NCBI GenBank assembly: GCA_002633005.1
Contig: NMRA01001083.1
Coordinates: 1-58,666, forward strand
Length of the DNA stretch: 58,666 nucleotides
Origin: Phoronis australis
Taxonomy: Eukaryota > Animalia > Phoronida
Direction: 5' to 3'
The notes below the pieces were generated by a model that was not told where the DNA came from, searched no databases, and was given only the letters and a program-made list of their open reading frames with translations. Every line of letters begins with the position of its first letter. Positions within the stretch are counted from its first letter, which is position 1. A program made the translations under genes and the position numbers. Of the stretch, positions 1 through 13,069 are shown piece by piece.

Positions 1-2265
1 AAAACGTGGTGCCCGTGGCGTCCGCAGAAAACGTACGAACAATAAACACGCACGGCGGGTTGTGACCATAGCTTTAAGCATACACCTGGGTTTTACTCAA
101 GAATTTGGCATATAGGTGTGCGGCTCAATCGCGGATATATTTTCATATGTAGGCGCATGGTCCAAATTCCTGAATATATCGTACCCATTAGTACTAAACT
201 TAGTGTGAGTAGAGGTGTCAAGAGCAGGAATGCATTCACAGTTTAAAATAGCATTTTAAGGGAATTATAACGGGTCATCGATATTTTGAAAAATGTAACG
301 TACGCACATTGTATTAAGTTAACGTTATTCTCATTGCTACCTTAAACTTGTCAACAATAACATTATTTATGCACCAAATATGCTAATTGTTTGAGAAGAT
401 TTCATCTGATTTCTCCTTTGTATTCAAGCTTTATCAGTTGTTTTCACGGTGTCAAAATTTTAATGCTTTTGAAAACAGTTTTGAATATTGATTTTTTGCT
501 ACCTAAGACAAGTGCAGGTTTCTGTGTTAATCTAGTCATATACTGCTAGAAAATTAATGTCGCCAAAAACATTGGAAATCTAAAAGTCTAAACACAGCTG
601 ATGAAGATTCTTACATAGTTGAAATCGGAGTCCTCTTCAACACGTGGTGTATTTAGCACATACTGTATCTAGAGGGATGTCAAGTGTACCCATGACAAAT
701 ATAACTATCATTTTAACATGTACTTCAATCTGTGAATGTTGTATACTAAAACAGTTTTGCAATGGTTGACAAAAAATTTGACGAATTCTTCTTGGAAACT
801 AGAGTTCATAAGATTACATTCTTAAATTTTGATTTACGGTAAAAATTCTTCAGTTGGGTAAAAAAATAATTGCAAAAATTGCCATATTTCTATTTCAGAG
901 GCTTACTCATTGTTGCAAATGCTCATTTTTTTACCAAATGTTGTTTGATTTTCCTGAAAAATTATTTTTATTGAAGATTTGAAAAACATAATTTCTTGTG
1001 TCGCCATATGGTGTCCCAAATTGAATAATTTTTGCTCTAAATAATATTGTATTCATCATCAATCACTTTTGTTACCAAGTTTTCATCGTTGACTTTATGC
1101 TGACAGGGTGGTTAATTAAGTTAATTTCTTTGTATCCAAGAAGCTCTAAATATATGCATTCTTGCTAAAGCTTGTATTTTATTTAAAACAGCCATTGTTT
1201 TGAAAGGTGACTGCATTCAGCTTCAATGAACCTTCCTTTAGGGCACTGCAAGTCATACTCATGAATTCAGTGTCCTAGAAACGAGAAAATAGAAGGAAAA
1301 CGACTTTGATTGAAAGTTTCTTAGCTCTACGAACAAGAGCGTATGAATGTACCCTCCCCAGAGTGTGTCAAGTCCACCAACATGCGAGTTTCTTGTACAA
1401 ACATGTGCCATATCCGCGGCTCTCCAATGTGCCGCTGAAAAGTGATGAGACGCAACGTGGTAAATTACTAAGTTGTCACAACCACCACATACGCAGTGCC
1501 TTGGCATTCCTAGTTATACCATAAACCACGGGAAAACGAGCAGCAATACCTGACCCTTTCCACACAATTTATGTAGGATGACTAGCGATGTGATTGGTTG
1601 TCCTGATTTTTGGTAGTATGTAACTCGAGACCGGCTAATTAACATACAAAATAGTGTTTACGGGTGTTTTAATTTGACAGCTGATCGACTGGTGTTTTGG
1701 TGTTTTTGATGCTAAATTGATGATTTTAAGCGCTTTAAATATGTCACACAAGGAACAGCATTAACCTGCTTCATCCAGACATAACATAAGCCATTCATTT
1801 TGAAGAATTTATTGAAAGCATAACTTGTATACAAGAGTATTTGCCATTTTCTGGCCACACCTATTAGGAAATACAAACAGAACACCAGAATTAAATATAA
1901 AAGCATTAGGAAGCGATCCCATATTATGTCATCCAAAATTTGCCACTTTTTACCCCACCCCTGCCATTACCCACCATCACGATATAAACCCCCTGTCTAG
2001 CGCCTCTAAATACGTCATCACAGCCAACGCCCCTGTTTTTTGGAACAACCGACAGTTCGTTGGAGATTCCATCTTTATGATTCTAATGACAAACTAATGT
2101 CCCTTTATTGTCGTAAGTTGCATTTGCTGCTGTTGTATTCAGCAGCGAAGTAAAATACGCCATTTTAACTACTAAACTACGAGTAATGAATACTTTCGTA
2201 CCTAGCTACGTCACCGGAGTGAGAACACTGAGCAGGGAAAACAAATGCTTTAATAAGGGCGTCCC

Positions 2266-3323
2266 TTTTATACGCCTACACGTGTATGTGGAGGCATATT
2301 GCCGTCTGTGCGGCGTCCGCTGCTGTATCTTGTAAAAATGCCTTGTAGATTCTTACTAGATGCCTACTGTATGGATTTTATTTTTTATATGTGCCTCTGT
2401 ATCTTTGAGTCCCTAGGTGGATTTTAATGAAATTTGGCAAACAGGTGTCTACTGAGGCGGCGATAACGCCTTCCAATTTTCGGATGGACTTAACACATTT
2501 TGTGCCACCTGCTGGCCAAATTAACTTTTTGAGTCCTTTTCTGTTATTAGCCTCTCCATACGCTAAAAAATTCAGAGGATCATCATTGGCAGATTTGTAC
2601 CTGATGAGAAAATCGTAACTGATGTTGATTTTCGGACGGTTTTTACTGTTTTGGCGCCACTATTGGCAATTTTGTTGTTTTGTGTCAATAGCTGTACCTC
2701 GTTAAGTCTTTGGAGGATGTTTTTACTCCTATGGAGATGGCACCAAATGACAAGAGTTTCGTACCAATCCGACTACAGCTGTGCCCCTAGTGCATGGCAA
2801 TTTATATGCTTATAGTTGCCTCTGTTATTTGGATTTTCGTGAAATTTGTCAAATAGATTTCCATTAAAGAATGCCTTTTCATTATTGGGCAGAGTTGACA
2901 TGTCATGCGCCACCTACTGGCCATTTTCAATTTTCATTACTTTGGTTTTTTTAAACTTAGCAGTTGTGATCCTGATAAGACCATGGCTGACGCGGATTTC
3001 TAGATAGGTCTCACAACTGTGGCTGCTAGCCCCTTGTGATGATTTTGGAAATTCTTTTGCGGCCACAACTATAGGTCTACTAACTGTGACAGTGACTGCC
3101 CACGACTACCCACTAAAGGCAATTAGAGTTTTTACGTTTACATCTTTGGAGTCCTTTAGTGAATTTTCATGAATTTTGGCAGACGATACTAACCCAATTT
3201 CGAACGGGGTTCGACGTATTCTGCGCCACGTAAAAGTCATTTTATGATACTAAAAACTCCTCTTCAAGCACACCGTTTGCGATGCAGTAGTGGATGCATT
3301 TCAACGCTCTACGTTGCTCTTTT
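2266..3323 (-). mobile_element. Helentron-associated non-autonomous element (DINE-1/pearl-like), family A, diverged copy
   Basis: Reverse complement starts AAAAGAGCAACGTAGAGCGTTGAAATGCATCCAC and ends GACGGCAATATGCCTCCACATACACGTGTAGGCGTATAAAA, matching the termini of the copies at 30265, 46508 and 57692; internal GCCAC-TAG-GTGGC-type core repeats. Confidence 0.75.
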
Positions 3324-3857
3324 AATATTAAGTTACAACACTATCAACCTGTTACTCTGTTGTCAGTCTCTACTGAATCAGCACTCTGGAGAGCAAAATT
3401 TGAGATTTAACAAGGAAACTTGAGGTATACCGGGTAAGTAAGAAAGAAACGTAAAGTAATTCTGGTATATTTAATGTAATAGCAAAAAAATCCGTCACAA
3501 CACTACATATATGTAAAATAAGCGAACTGCAAAACATTACCATGCCCGTCACTAGATTACCTGATCATGCCCTAATGTGTTTCGTCACTGTGATGATCAT
3601 CAGTGATGGCGTAATATGTGAACACTCCCTTAATGAGCAAAAGGGAACTCTAAATTTACTAGGTGTCGCTATTGTGAAACAATGCACATTCGCATACAAA
3701 TACCTTCACATAGGCAACCTTAAAGCACAAATGCCTCCACACTCATTACCTGGTTTCTGCTCTGTAATCAGATATCAAAAAGTGTAACCTTTATTAGCGT
3801 CACATAATAAATATCAAGTCTCCCATTGCTACCAAAATCTGCCTCTGGTCTCGTACA

Positions 3858-4001
3858 CATGGGTGGCACAGTAATGAAAAAAGTGGGAGCTATAGTCCCC
3901 CACCCCCCTATGGTGCACCGCCCATGGTCTATGGGCGTTGCAGCACTGAAAAAAAATTGGGGAGCTATAGCCCACCAGCCCCCTATGGTGCGCCGCCCAT
4001 G
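3858..4001. repeat. Two tandem ~70 bp mini-elements with CATGGG(C/T)G...CGCCCATG terminal inverted repeats
   Basis: 3858-3926 and ~3930-4001 share GGGAGCTATAG..CCCCCTATGGTGC.CCGCCCATG; each unit is bounded by inverted termini. Confidence 0.6.
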
Positions 4002-7000
4002 TCACAGAGCCATTAGGCCCATTTTACCCAAGCCCATATGCCACGTGAGCACTCTGGCCTCCTTTGCGATATTCTCAGTTTCGTCTGAAGAACTCTGACA
4101 AGATTGTTTCAACCAGATGCTCAGATGGGATGGGACATCATTAGTACAAATTATGTGTGACCGGCCCTAACAAACAAAACACCGCAATTTTACATATAAA
4201 AAACATTAACAGTATTGGTACTACATTTAATCACATTTGATGATGGCTGCAAAAAGCATTTGGAAAATCATTTGCCTTCAAAATATGATATGGTGTGGTC
4301 GTGTGCAAGGAAAATTCAATACAAAAAGTAATTTCAATTTTATTTATAATTTCGCGTACAAACAAATATCGAAATAAAATGTCCATTGATCTTATTTAGC
4401 TAACGGCATTATATCAACAGGAAAGAAATTGCGATAGAATAAGTTTTTCATACAATGTGACGATGTTGATCAGGTAAACATTTCAAAGTTCTAACATTGG
4501 TTATTTTGAAAAGGTAACGAAGCCGTATTTATCAAAAACAAACTGGCCACAATGAAATGAGACCAAGGTCTACAGCTCCTCTGGGTATATGACCCCACTT
4601 TAGACCTGGGTTAGAAAAGCCTGGGCAATCCACTCGATGAAAAGACCTTTAGATGAGGGTGGAAACAACGTTCGAGTCATAAACTACGAACAAGTTCATA
4701 ATAAGTGAAATTTTTACCTGATTTCGAAACAAATTGTTTGCTGTGAGGTGTAACTCAAAGCTCCAATAAGGCTTACTTCCATCACAAATGAACCTTTGGT
4801 TAAGTCAAGTTGCCATAAAAATTGGTTTCAAATTGACCCTTTTCAAGATAATAGGTGACTTTTGTTAGAGATCAGGCAAAAACAAGAGTGCTCGTGGTGG
4901 TGGCTCGTTCCTTTTCCAAGAATGGTTTCTAAGCAATGCCAGTTCTTTCCAAACACTTCTCAAAAACCACTTCTCAACAAATTGAGACTAATTCTACAGT
5001 GGCAAGTGGCCTAAGTAAATCAGAACTTGGTTTATTTGACAAACCTGTTTTGAAGCAGATCTTTAGATTCATTTCCCATCATGTGACCACCTGGAAAGTG
5101 TGCATCATTCAAAACACTTTATTGTAGTTTGAAAAAAAAAAAATAACAAATTTCAACAAAGGTGTGAGACGGAATGAAGAGCCTCTATTTCCTTTCCACT
5201 TTACAAGGCATATAACACATAGGATTATAACCAGGTTCCAAACATTGTATGTATTTGTCTCAGACATGTGAACTTTAGCAAAAGGCAAAACATGGTGTTT
5301 TGTGAAAGAAATTTCACAGGATTTAGTACCAACAAGAATGACTTTGAACCAGTGGTATATGTTACTAACCCCTAAGGTCATAGATGAATGGAACAATTAT
5401 ATTGGTTACTCCTTTGTAATCAAGACCCCCATGAGCCTGCAGGTGCATAAAGTTGCTACAGGATAAATTACCCACCATGGACTCTGAATAGCCTTGCCCG
5501 GAATGGAAAATGTCTTGTCATTTTAGGTGTTTTCTTTGCTCACTCTCCTCTTGGTCTTACTCCAGATTTGTTTATAATTAAATGCCAAATAAGACTTATA
5601 AAGTGAAACTGGAACTTGTGCATGGGAAAGGAACTCAAGAAACGAATGATTTAGACCTTTAAAAGAGGGTCACAGAAGAAATTGTTGAGGGTCGAGAGCA
5701 TACCGTATGAACTCAGAATGTCCATCCACTATTTAAGTTACTCATCTCCACTTGTATGTCAGTGCACAACTGGTTATTCAGACTGTTTCTCATGTGCAAT
5801 TCTACCATGTAACTATTTTATATTAAATTTCAGTTGAGATTTGAAAGACAAGTGTAGAATACAAAATTACATCCTTTGGTTTGATGGCATGAGGCAAAAT
5901 GACTAAGATGTACATAATATGGGTAGTGTTCTGAATTTTACATGCATATATTAATTGATTGCTACTCATACATCATCAACTTAAAGTACAACCTAAGTCA
6001 TTCTTAAAAATGTAAGTTAAAAAATTTGACATCAAGTTCCTATAGTAGGTCCAAGACCACATTTGGTGTTGACTTTGATGATAATAAGGTATTCCTATTC
6101 TTTGATATGGTAAATACCAAACAGCTACAGTAATTATTGACTAAGCATGGTGCTTCAGGGGTAGACCTATTGCCTATTTCACAAACTGAGAAGATGGCAG
6201 AAGAGTTTGTTTAACTAACTTGATGTGGTTTGCATCACAGTTAGCCAAGTAACATTTCATCAGAGTAGTATAGGTTTATAGTACTAGTGTTCTTTCAGAA
6301 ATTATATATTTTTTGTTTTTATTCTGTTACATGACAGTGTTGTTGAAGAAAGAAAATTTAGTTATTGTATAGTCCTACTGGTACAGTACTTAACTAACTC
6401 TTCTGTATTGTGAGTTAATTTTGTGGTAGAACTTAGTTTTCTGTGGTATACTGAATTTATAGCATATTAATACTGTCAACAACTATGACTGAAGTGGAAG
6501 CAATTACGGCACCTGACTATCGGGAAAGGAAACCCGTTCCTGCAAAGAAATGCCTTTCCAACAGGGTGTATGAAGTTCAACGTGCAGGTGGCCATTCCTT
6601 CATATACAACTGACACTTTCTGTGCAAGGTCCAGACCCACTGAAGATATCTCCAAAGACACAGTGGCACCATATTTGCCACTGAGTACTCACCAGCCACA
6701 ACCCCTCCAAACCAGTAAAACCGACAGAGTCTATCCTGTAGCTAAGCTTTTCTCTCTCCTGTAAGTAGATGTGGCGTTATTGTCACTCTCCTGTATTCAT
6801 ACTTCGGTTGGAGACCAGAGGGCTCGTCTTCAACAGTAAAGGTGGTTACACTTATGAAACTACACTGACAGTCTGCCCACCCACCCAAGAAGAGGTTGGC
6901 TGCTTTGCTGAAAGATGGCGGTGCATGAGTTTGACTTAATTCCGTTCAAAATTGAGCTGTGCAAAATTGAGGCAACGACCTCAACTACCAGACCAGTTGT

Positions 7001-7626
7001 AGCATTACCTAAGGCCACATGCACAAGATATATGGCTTTTGTTTTTATCAGCTGAAAGAAATCAAGCATGGTGACTGATGTTTAAACAAGGAACTGGATG
7101 CGTTATTTGATGTCAAGGGAGCATTGATGACCCATATCACCTGCATCTATGTGCGGTGGTGTCCTGCAAAATGCAATTGTTGAACTTGTTAACCAAGCGT
7201 GGTGTGTCAGATGTTGAATTGGCAACGGTTTTAAAAACTAGCACGATTCTGGAGGAGTTAGTGTGAAAACTGGAACTTGAGAGTGTTTACTTGGTTTCTT
7301 ACAATTATTACTCTGTGTGTGTTTGCTCAGTTTTGCTGTTCTTTCAGGTTGTTTCAGGTGAGTTCACATCCCTGAAGTTCAAGGCACTGAAGCTACAGAC
7401 TTCCGCAGACTGCTGGGAAGTATGCTCCCATAGACTGACATAACTTCCTGTCTGGGAGATAACGCACCCTCAGACTGCGATAACTGGGATATAGGCACTC
7501 AAGGACTGTCATAACTGTCAGGGAAATTGACAACCAGATCACTTAAGGGTGATTGTATATTGCATCTGATTTGGGCGAAGCAAGAGTCCTGGTACCAACA
7601 ACTGTGTACACTGTCTTATGCTTCGT

Positions 7627-7945
7627 TTGGCTGATGATGTGGGATCTTGGCCCCCACACCAAAACTAACCTACAAAGCAAGAGTCAAGGGATCTGTAACA
7701 AGGTACACTTGTGCTTCTTTTGGCCAATGACGTGGGATCTTGGCCCCCACACAATTTTGGCTGACGATGTTGGATCTTGGCCCCACACCATTTTGGCCGA
7801 CAATATGGGATATTGGCTCCCACATCAGAACTATTACCAGAAACCTAACCAGAAACCTATCCAGTGACATACTGTTGACGCTACGAGCAGGAGTTGGGCA
7901 CTTGCAAGAGTTTGGCTAACGACACGAGATCTTGGCCCCCGCACC
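7627..7945 (+). repeat. Imperfect ~35 bp repeats (TGGCTGACGATGTGGGATCTTGGCCCCCACAC)
   Basis: About five copies near 7628, 7720, 7757, 7793 and 7913. Confidence 0.7.
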
Positions 7946-8800
7946 AATATTAATACCAGTTTATCTGACGCTCGAATAACTGTATAGTCTATGAGCACAT
8001 TCCACTACGAACTGAAATTTACGAGCAAGTTACGTAGTCTAATTACAATAGTAATCCCCAGGCGACACTGCCATTTTCTGTAACATTGCTTTATAACCAT
8101 AAATCCAGTTCACAGAGTCTTGTTCCTTCTCCTGTTAACAGAAGTACTACAATATCATTCTGTAGCTCAAGTAGTGAATTGCAGGTAACCCACGGGTTCA
8201 AAAAAACTGACGCGTTGACCACAGTGGACAAATATACAGTAACACTTAACAGCTTTATAAGGTAAAGTATTCATTCAACTACAGTGCTATTGAAAACCTC
8301 ATAAATTGACTGTGATAGTAAAAGCTTAGTCACACCTTCCCCAGCCTTACAGACAACACAATTATTCAACAGTTGTGTTATTGAAAGCCTATTATTCTTT
8401 GCAGTGAAAATAATAATATTTTACCAGATTTATTACTAGTGAGAAAACTCGAACAATCCTAGAAAATGCCAAGAAGGCTAAGAGGGAAAGCAATGTGCGC
8501 GTTCACCTGCTGACGAAATTCAAAACGACACCTTGTGCGAAAATGGCAATGGAAGTAGCAATGCTGTTGGTTCAATTAATAGTATTTGTGCCTCTTACAA
8601 TCAAAGTCACGGTAAATACTCAATAACATCGACAGGTTGTCAGTGTACGTGTTTTTGGTGTTTCTTGCACAACTCGGCCAGTGTAATGAGAGGAATACAC
8701 TTCATGCAAGTGACCTAAAAAAGTACTAGATGCACGTGACAACTTGTATTACACGATAAAACATGGTTTGATTACTTGCCATGCCTTTGTGAACCCCAAC

Positions 8801-8942
8801 TGTAATGTAAGCATTATATCAATCTCTTAGAACGACGGGGTTCGTCCAGTTTTAAGAATTAGAATAAAGACTCGTGTTTGAAATGTTCTTCTGACTTTCG
8901 TTCATTTCTATGTTCTGTATTACAACATGGTGTCAGGAGTGG
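8801..8942 (+). mobile_element. Gypsy-type 5' LTR (8801-8927) and tRNA-Leu primer-binding site (8928-8942)
   Basis: TGTAAT...ATTACAACA termini, AATAAA at 8863, followed directly by TGGTGTCAGGAGTGG, complementary to the tRNA-Leu 3' end; gag begins 76 nt later. Confidence 0.75.
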
Positions 8943-9018
8943 TCACGTTTGACGAACAGTGACTTGTTTATTGATATTCTACGACGAAGTTTGCTAAAAT
9001 AGATAAATAACTGCCAAA

Positions 9019-9591
9019 ATGAACATTCCAAATGTGCAGACCCCGGAGCCCCTAGCGGCGGATGTGACAAACAGTAACCTATCGGCGAATTGGGTGCAAT
9101 GGAAACAGAAGTTTTCCATTTATTTAAAGGTGATCAGGTAAGGAGGCACTTCAGGTGAACAAAAAGTGGAACTTTTGCTGAACCACATTGGGGATTCAGC
9201 TGTTGATGTGTATGAGAACTTTATGTTCTCGGTCGGAAGTACTGACGCAGACAGTAATGAAACCAAACCGGAATCTCCAGATGACTATGAACTGGTGCTT
9301 AAAAAATTTGATGGACATTTTTGTCAACGCGACCCACAGCTCATGTTACGGGAACATTTTTGGCTCAAACTAAAACGTGAGCTAGGTCAGTCTATGGACA
9401 CTTGGGTCAATACAGTGAAAAAACACGAGGCCGAGTGTAAGTTTCCGCCGTCATTTTTGCAGGAGGCAATTCGTGATAAACTGACATTTTGTAGTGACGA
9501 TCATAGTAAACTCAAGTTATATGATGTGGGTGCGACACTCACAACTGATAAGGCTGTTGACATATTGTCCTTGCGTGAGGCTACGCGTTAA
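9019..9591 (+). pseudogene. Gypsy (Mag-like) gag N-terminal fragment
   Basis: MNIP...NLSANWVQWKQKFSIYL..*..EQKVELLLNHIGDSAVDVYENF...VLKKFDGHFC...GQSMDTWVNTVKKHEAECKF...IRDKL; one stop at 9139; no pol follows. Confidence 0.8.
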
Positions 9592-11262
9592 GAACTAGAC
9601 TACCACATGTGTTTCATATCAATACGAATACTTACAGATTGAACAAACTATCAGGTGTCTATGGGCCATTGAAGTACAGTGATGACTTGACAAGTGAACA
9701 ATTACCAGATGTTGCTACAGCCCTGCAGTGCCTGCTGCTTGATACTAAACAGGTATTACTTATGACTGGTGGCTATTGTATTGCTGTTTCGAAACGGGAG
9801 CAGAATATTTGGTTTCCTTGATTTGCACTCTTGAACAAGAGATGGTTTAGCAAATGCAAATGGTACAGCTGTATTTGTTTTGCTACCCACATTGGACTGT
9901 TTGATAACTAGATTGCATTTGCTTTGTGCCAGTTTACACTTAACTCCGTCAACACAGTATGAAATGATGCCTTTAGAAATTACCAAGTTTTCTTATCAGA
10001 GTTCACAAATTGCTGTGCCAGAAATTCTCTCATCCGTTATGCCTAAAATGATGCAATGCATAACTTATGGGCTTAAAGAGAAAAACAATCTACCGAGCGT
10101 TTTGCTAACCGGCATGGCCAGGCATGCAACAAAGACGTGCTCTACGTTTACCTAATACCTAAAATGTGAGCTGAAAAATATTTATCATCTCTGATAAAGC
10201 TATTTAGAAACAAAGCAACTGAAATGATGTTGAAAGTAATGTTGCTGGTCAACTCTGCACGACTACAAATGTATGTTTTTAACATAAGATGCTGAAATAA
10301 AACCACAGCATAACTGTTGGTAAAGCACAAACTCATACGACAGTCTAAGAATAAGTCTGATGAAAGTATCTACTGTCGTATTGTAGAAACATCCAAGGAG
10401 ACCAACTATAATCTACGAATAGCATATTTAATGTCACACAGTAGGGAGATTATATATGAATATTGTAATGCGACATAGTGATATCATGTTGGAACTGACC
10501 TCCACAAAAACTAAACTACATGTTCAGTACGTGATAAAATGCTTGCCAGGAACGATTTGTGGTGTACACAAAGCTAAATTACAAAACACAAACCTGAAAT
10601 ATGTTTTGACTCCACTTTCATTTGTTGGAAGAAACTTAAAGAGCAGAGCACATAGATCAAAATCAGCGTCAACACTGATTTCGCACCATGACTGCCTTTC
10701 AGGTAGTCTTTTTTGTAAAAATGAATAGATTCTTTTCACTATTTTGGGACGAAGTAAACAACCTTTCAGTACTAGTACATCATAACACAAAATTTTGTGC
10801 AAAAGCCGAAATCATGCTGTGTTTCTAGAATAAATCTGAATTATACATAAACATGATAAGGGGCTTCTTTGAAATGTATCACTTTTCGTAAATAGCAAAG
10901 CCATTGCAAAATGATAAAAACACCACTTTTGTCACGTAATCTAATGAATTAGTCTAGTGATGCAATCTACAATAAGAATTATTTGTGTTACGGGACAATT
11001 CCACTTAAGTTACAGAAGATACTCAACATGAATTTATGGCACGTCTTCGCTTGTTTCAAATACCACAAAACTTAATTCCAAAATATTATTCGCACAAAAT
11101 ATGATTAAAGGAAAATCATCCTGAAATTAAAGAAAAATGTCATAGCAATTTCTAAATTATTCTTTTAAACCTGAGGCCCCTAAATGAAACTGATTCTTAA
11201 TCACTACCTCTCATTGGTCCTTAAAAGTACAAAAAAGTGTAAAAAGGGAAGTTGCAATTGCG

Positions 11263-12207
11263 GTGCCATTTTCATTTGACGCCATTGACCAATCAAAACA
11301 CTACGTCAAGAGAATTACACGACCAGAAACACAAAAATCATCTACAAATAAAGAACCATTCTACCTTTGTAAGGTGCTACATTCTGATGAGAAAGTGAAC
11401 GAAATGTACATCAATACAACAACAATAGACCCGGCTTTAAAGATAAATAGCTATTGGAATCTGACAGGACTATCACAGAGAACCAGCAACTCGCCGTCCG
11501 TGAACGAAAGGTCTAAGGTAATAATTTTTCATCACTTCAGTAATAAACGAAAAATTTTATTAGATATCTTTATTGTCTTATCTTACAACCACATGTGCAA
11601 CGTTTCAATCAGTGACTCCCTTCCTTTTATTATGTCAGTTGCCACTCTTTCCGTTAATAAGCACTTCAAATTTTGTCAATTTCTCTCTTACTTTTTGTTT
11701 CAAAAACTGTACAGTCTCATCATAAAACCACGCTTGCCTCTTTTTCAGATTTTTCCTCTTCCAGCCAAATACCACTTTGACTACGAACACATCGTCAATG
11801 AACACATGAATCCGCCCATTGTGACATGTGAACAGGCCATTTCCATCCCGCACAAAAGAAAGTTGTCGGTAAAAGGAACCGTAACATTTGTGGGCACAAA
11901 AGAAGATGAACCAACGTTCAAAAAACGAGCTGTAACGCTTGACAACTAAGTACAGTTAAAGCTCTGGGGTCAGTACACTGACATTTAATTTGAACTAAAA
12001 GATGTCGTGACATTTCGATGCATGGAGGCTGAGGAATACAAACATCACAGTCATTCCCTTAGCAGAACTATCAGCACTACGGCAGAGGTACAGCAAGACG
12101 TGCACGAGAAGGTGCAGATTGACTCCATCCATAACGGGTATGAAAATCAGTATTGGTCACACTTTGAAAAAGAATATAAAATGTTTTTGATAACTAGCTA
12201 CGAATAG
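11263..12207 (+). pseudogene. OB-fold (SSB/RPA-like) protein gene, probably with one intron 11518-11748, decayed
   Basis: AAG|GTAATA donor at 11518 and CTCTTTTTCAG acceptor at 11748 (phase 0). Second exon reads PPIVTCEQAISIPHKRKLSVKGTVTFVG...KRAVTLDN*VQLKLWGQ..*FELKDVVTFRCM...SLSRTISTT, an OB-fold strand pattern with in-frame stops. Confidence 0.5.
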
Positions 12208-13069
12208 CGGACTGTGTCTTAAATTCTGTTGTCTTTACGATTTGAAAAAATGACAGCTATTAGTGCAAACTCATGTGACACTTAATTGGAAAATTTTTAT
12301 TCATTTTATTTTTTTCACGCATCTCATCATCTCTGATGGAACTATCTAAAAAATCAAACGTGAAGCTAACGAACAGCAGGACTTCCCACAGCAAGCAACG
12401 TTAAGAATAAAAAGGGGAAACATGACAGAAATCCATATTTAACCGTTGTCGTGTCAACTTAGATGTCTCAGTTATGGGTTTGGAAGCATTTCGTAAATTA
12501 TAACTGAAACTAAGTGTTAAATGATAACTATCCACTCAGTCAAATTTGGCTGTTTTGAAAACAGGTGACAAAATTCCAGATAATTTCCATGGACTATATA
12601 AAACAATACAGGCTGATACTTCAGCCCAAATTTCGAATGACCAAATAACAAAGATGTCTAAATTGAAGACTAAAAGTAGTTATAATAGCTAAGTTAATCT
12701 GTAAGATACCATATGTTACACACAGCGCGCAAAAGGTGTTACTTTGAATTCCAGTCATATTATGTTCTGTTTTATTTTTGCCACTTGTTCTTTCATAGTA
12801 TACAAAGTGACAACTCTCTCTTTTACACCAAGGAAGCCACTTCTAGACAATATAAAATGCCCATAACTTGCATATGCCACATGCAGAGTAGTAAGTGTAC
12901 ATATACAATTGCGTTCTAGTTAGTCTTTATTCTTTAAGTGTTTTCTCGGAAAAATACATTTAATGTTAATCGTGTAGTTAAGCTTTGATTTCTCCAGGTA
13001 AAGTAGCTGTAGTGTCATTGCCACTCGACTGTATTGAAAGTATTGATTTAGTGTGAGCAGCACACAACA

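Larger units (their letters stand above)
8560..9990 (+). pseudogene. Peptidase C76 (herpes tegument N-terminal deubiquitinase-like) pseudogene, interrupted by LTR/gag insertion
   Basis: N-half: ICASYNQSHGKYSITSTGCQCTC (catalytic QC) then SDL..VLDARDNLY (8560-8790). C-half: LPHVFHI...VLLMTGGYCIAV...IWF-LDLHS*TRDGLANANGTAVFVL (9600-9890), matching the FDSHSR..G....GTAV motif with a frameshift and CpG-type decay. Confidence 0.7.

Noticed and set aside
1-76. Possible right end of a Harbinger-like element (TGTGACCATAGCT-TTA)
   Set aside because: The partner TIR would lie outside the window and cannot be verified.
8928-8942. tRNA-like sequence
   Set aside because: Only a 15-nt complement of a tRNA-Leu 3' end serving as a primer-binding site, not a tRNA gene.
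10490-10720. Possible Helitron-type CxxC zinc motif remnant (TCSVRDKML)
   Set aside because: Single degenerate motif with no Rep or helicase motifs following.
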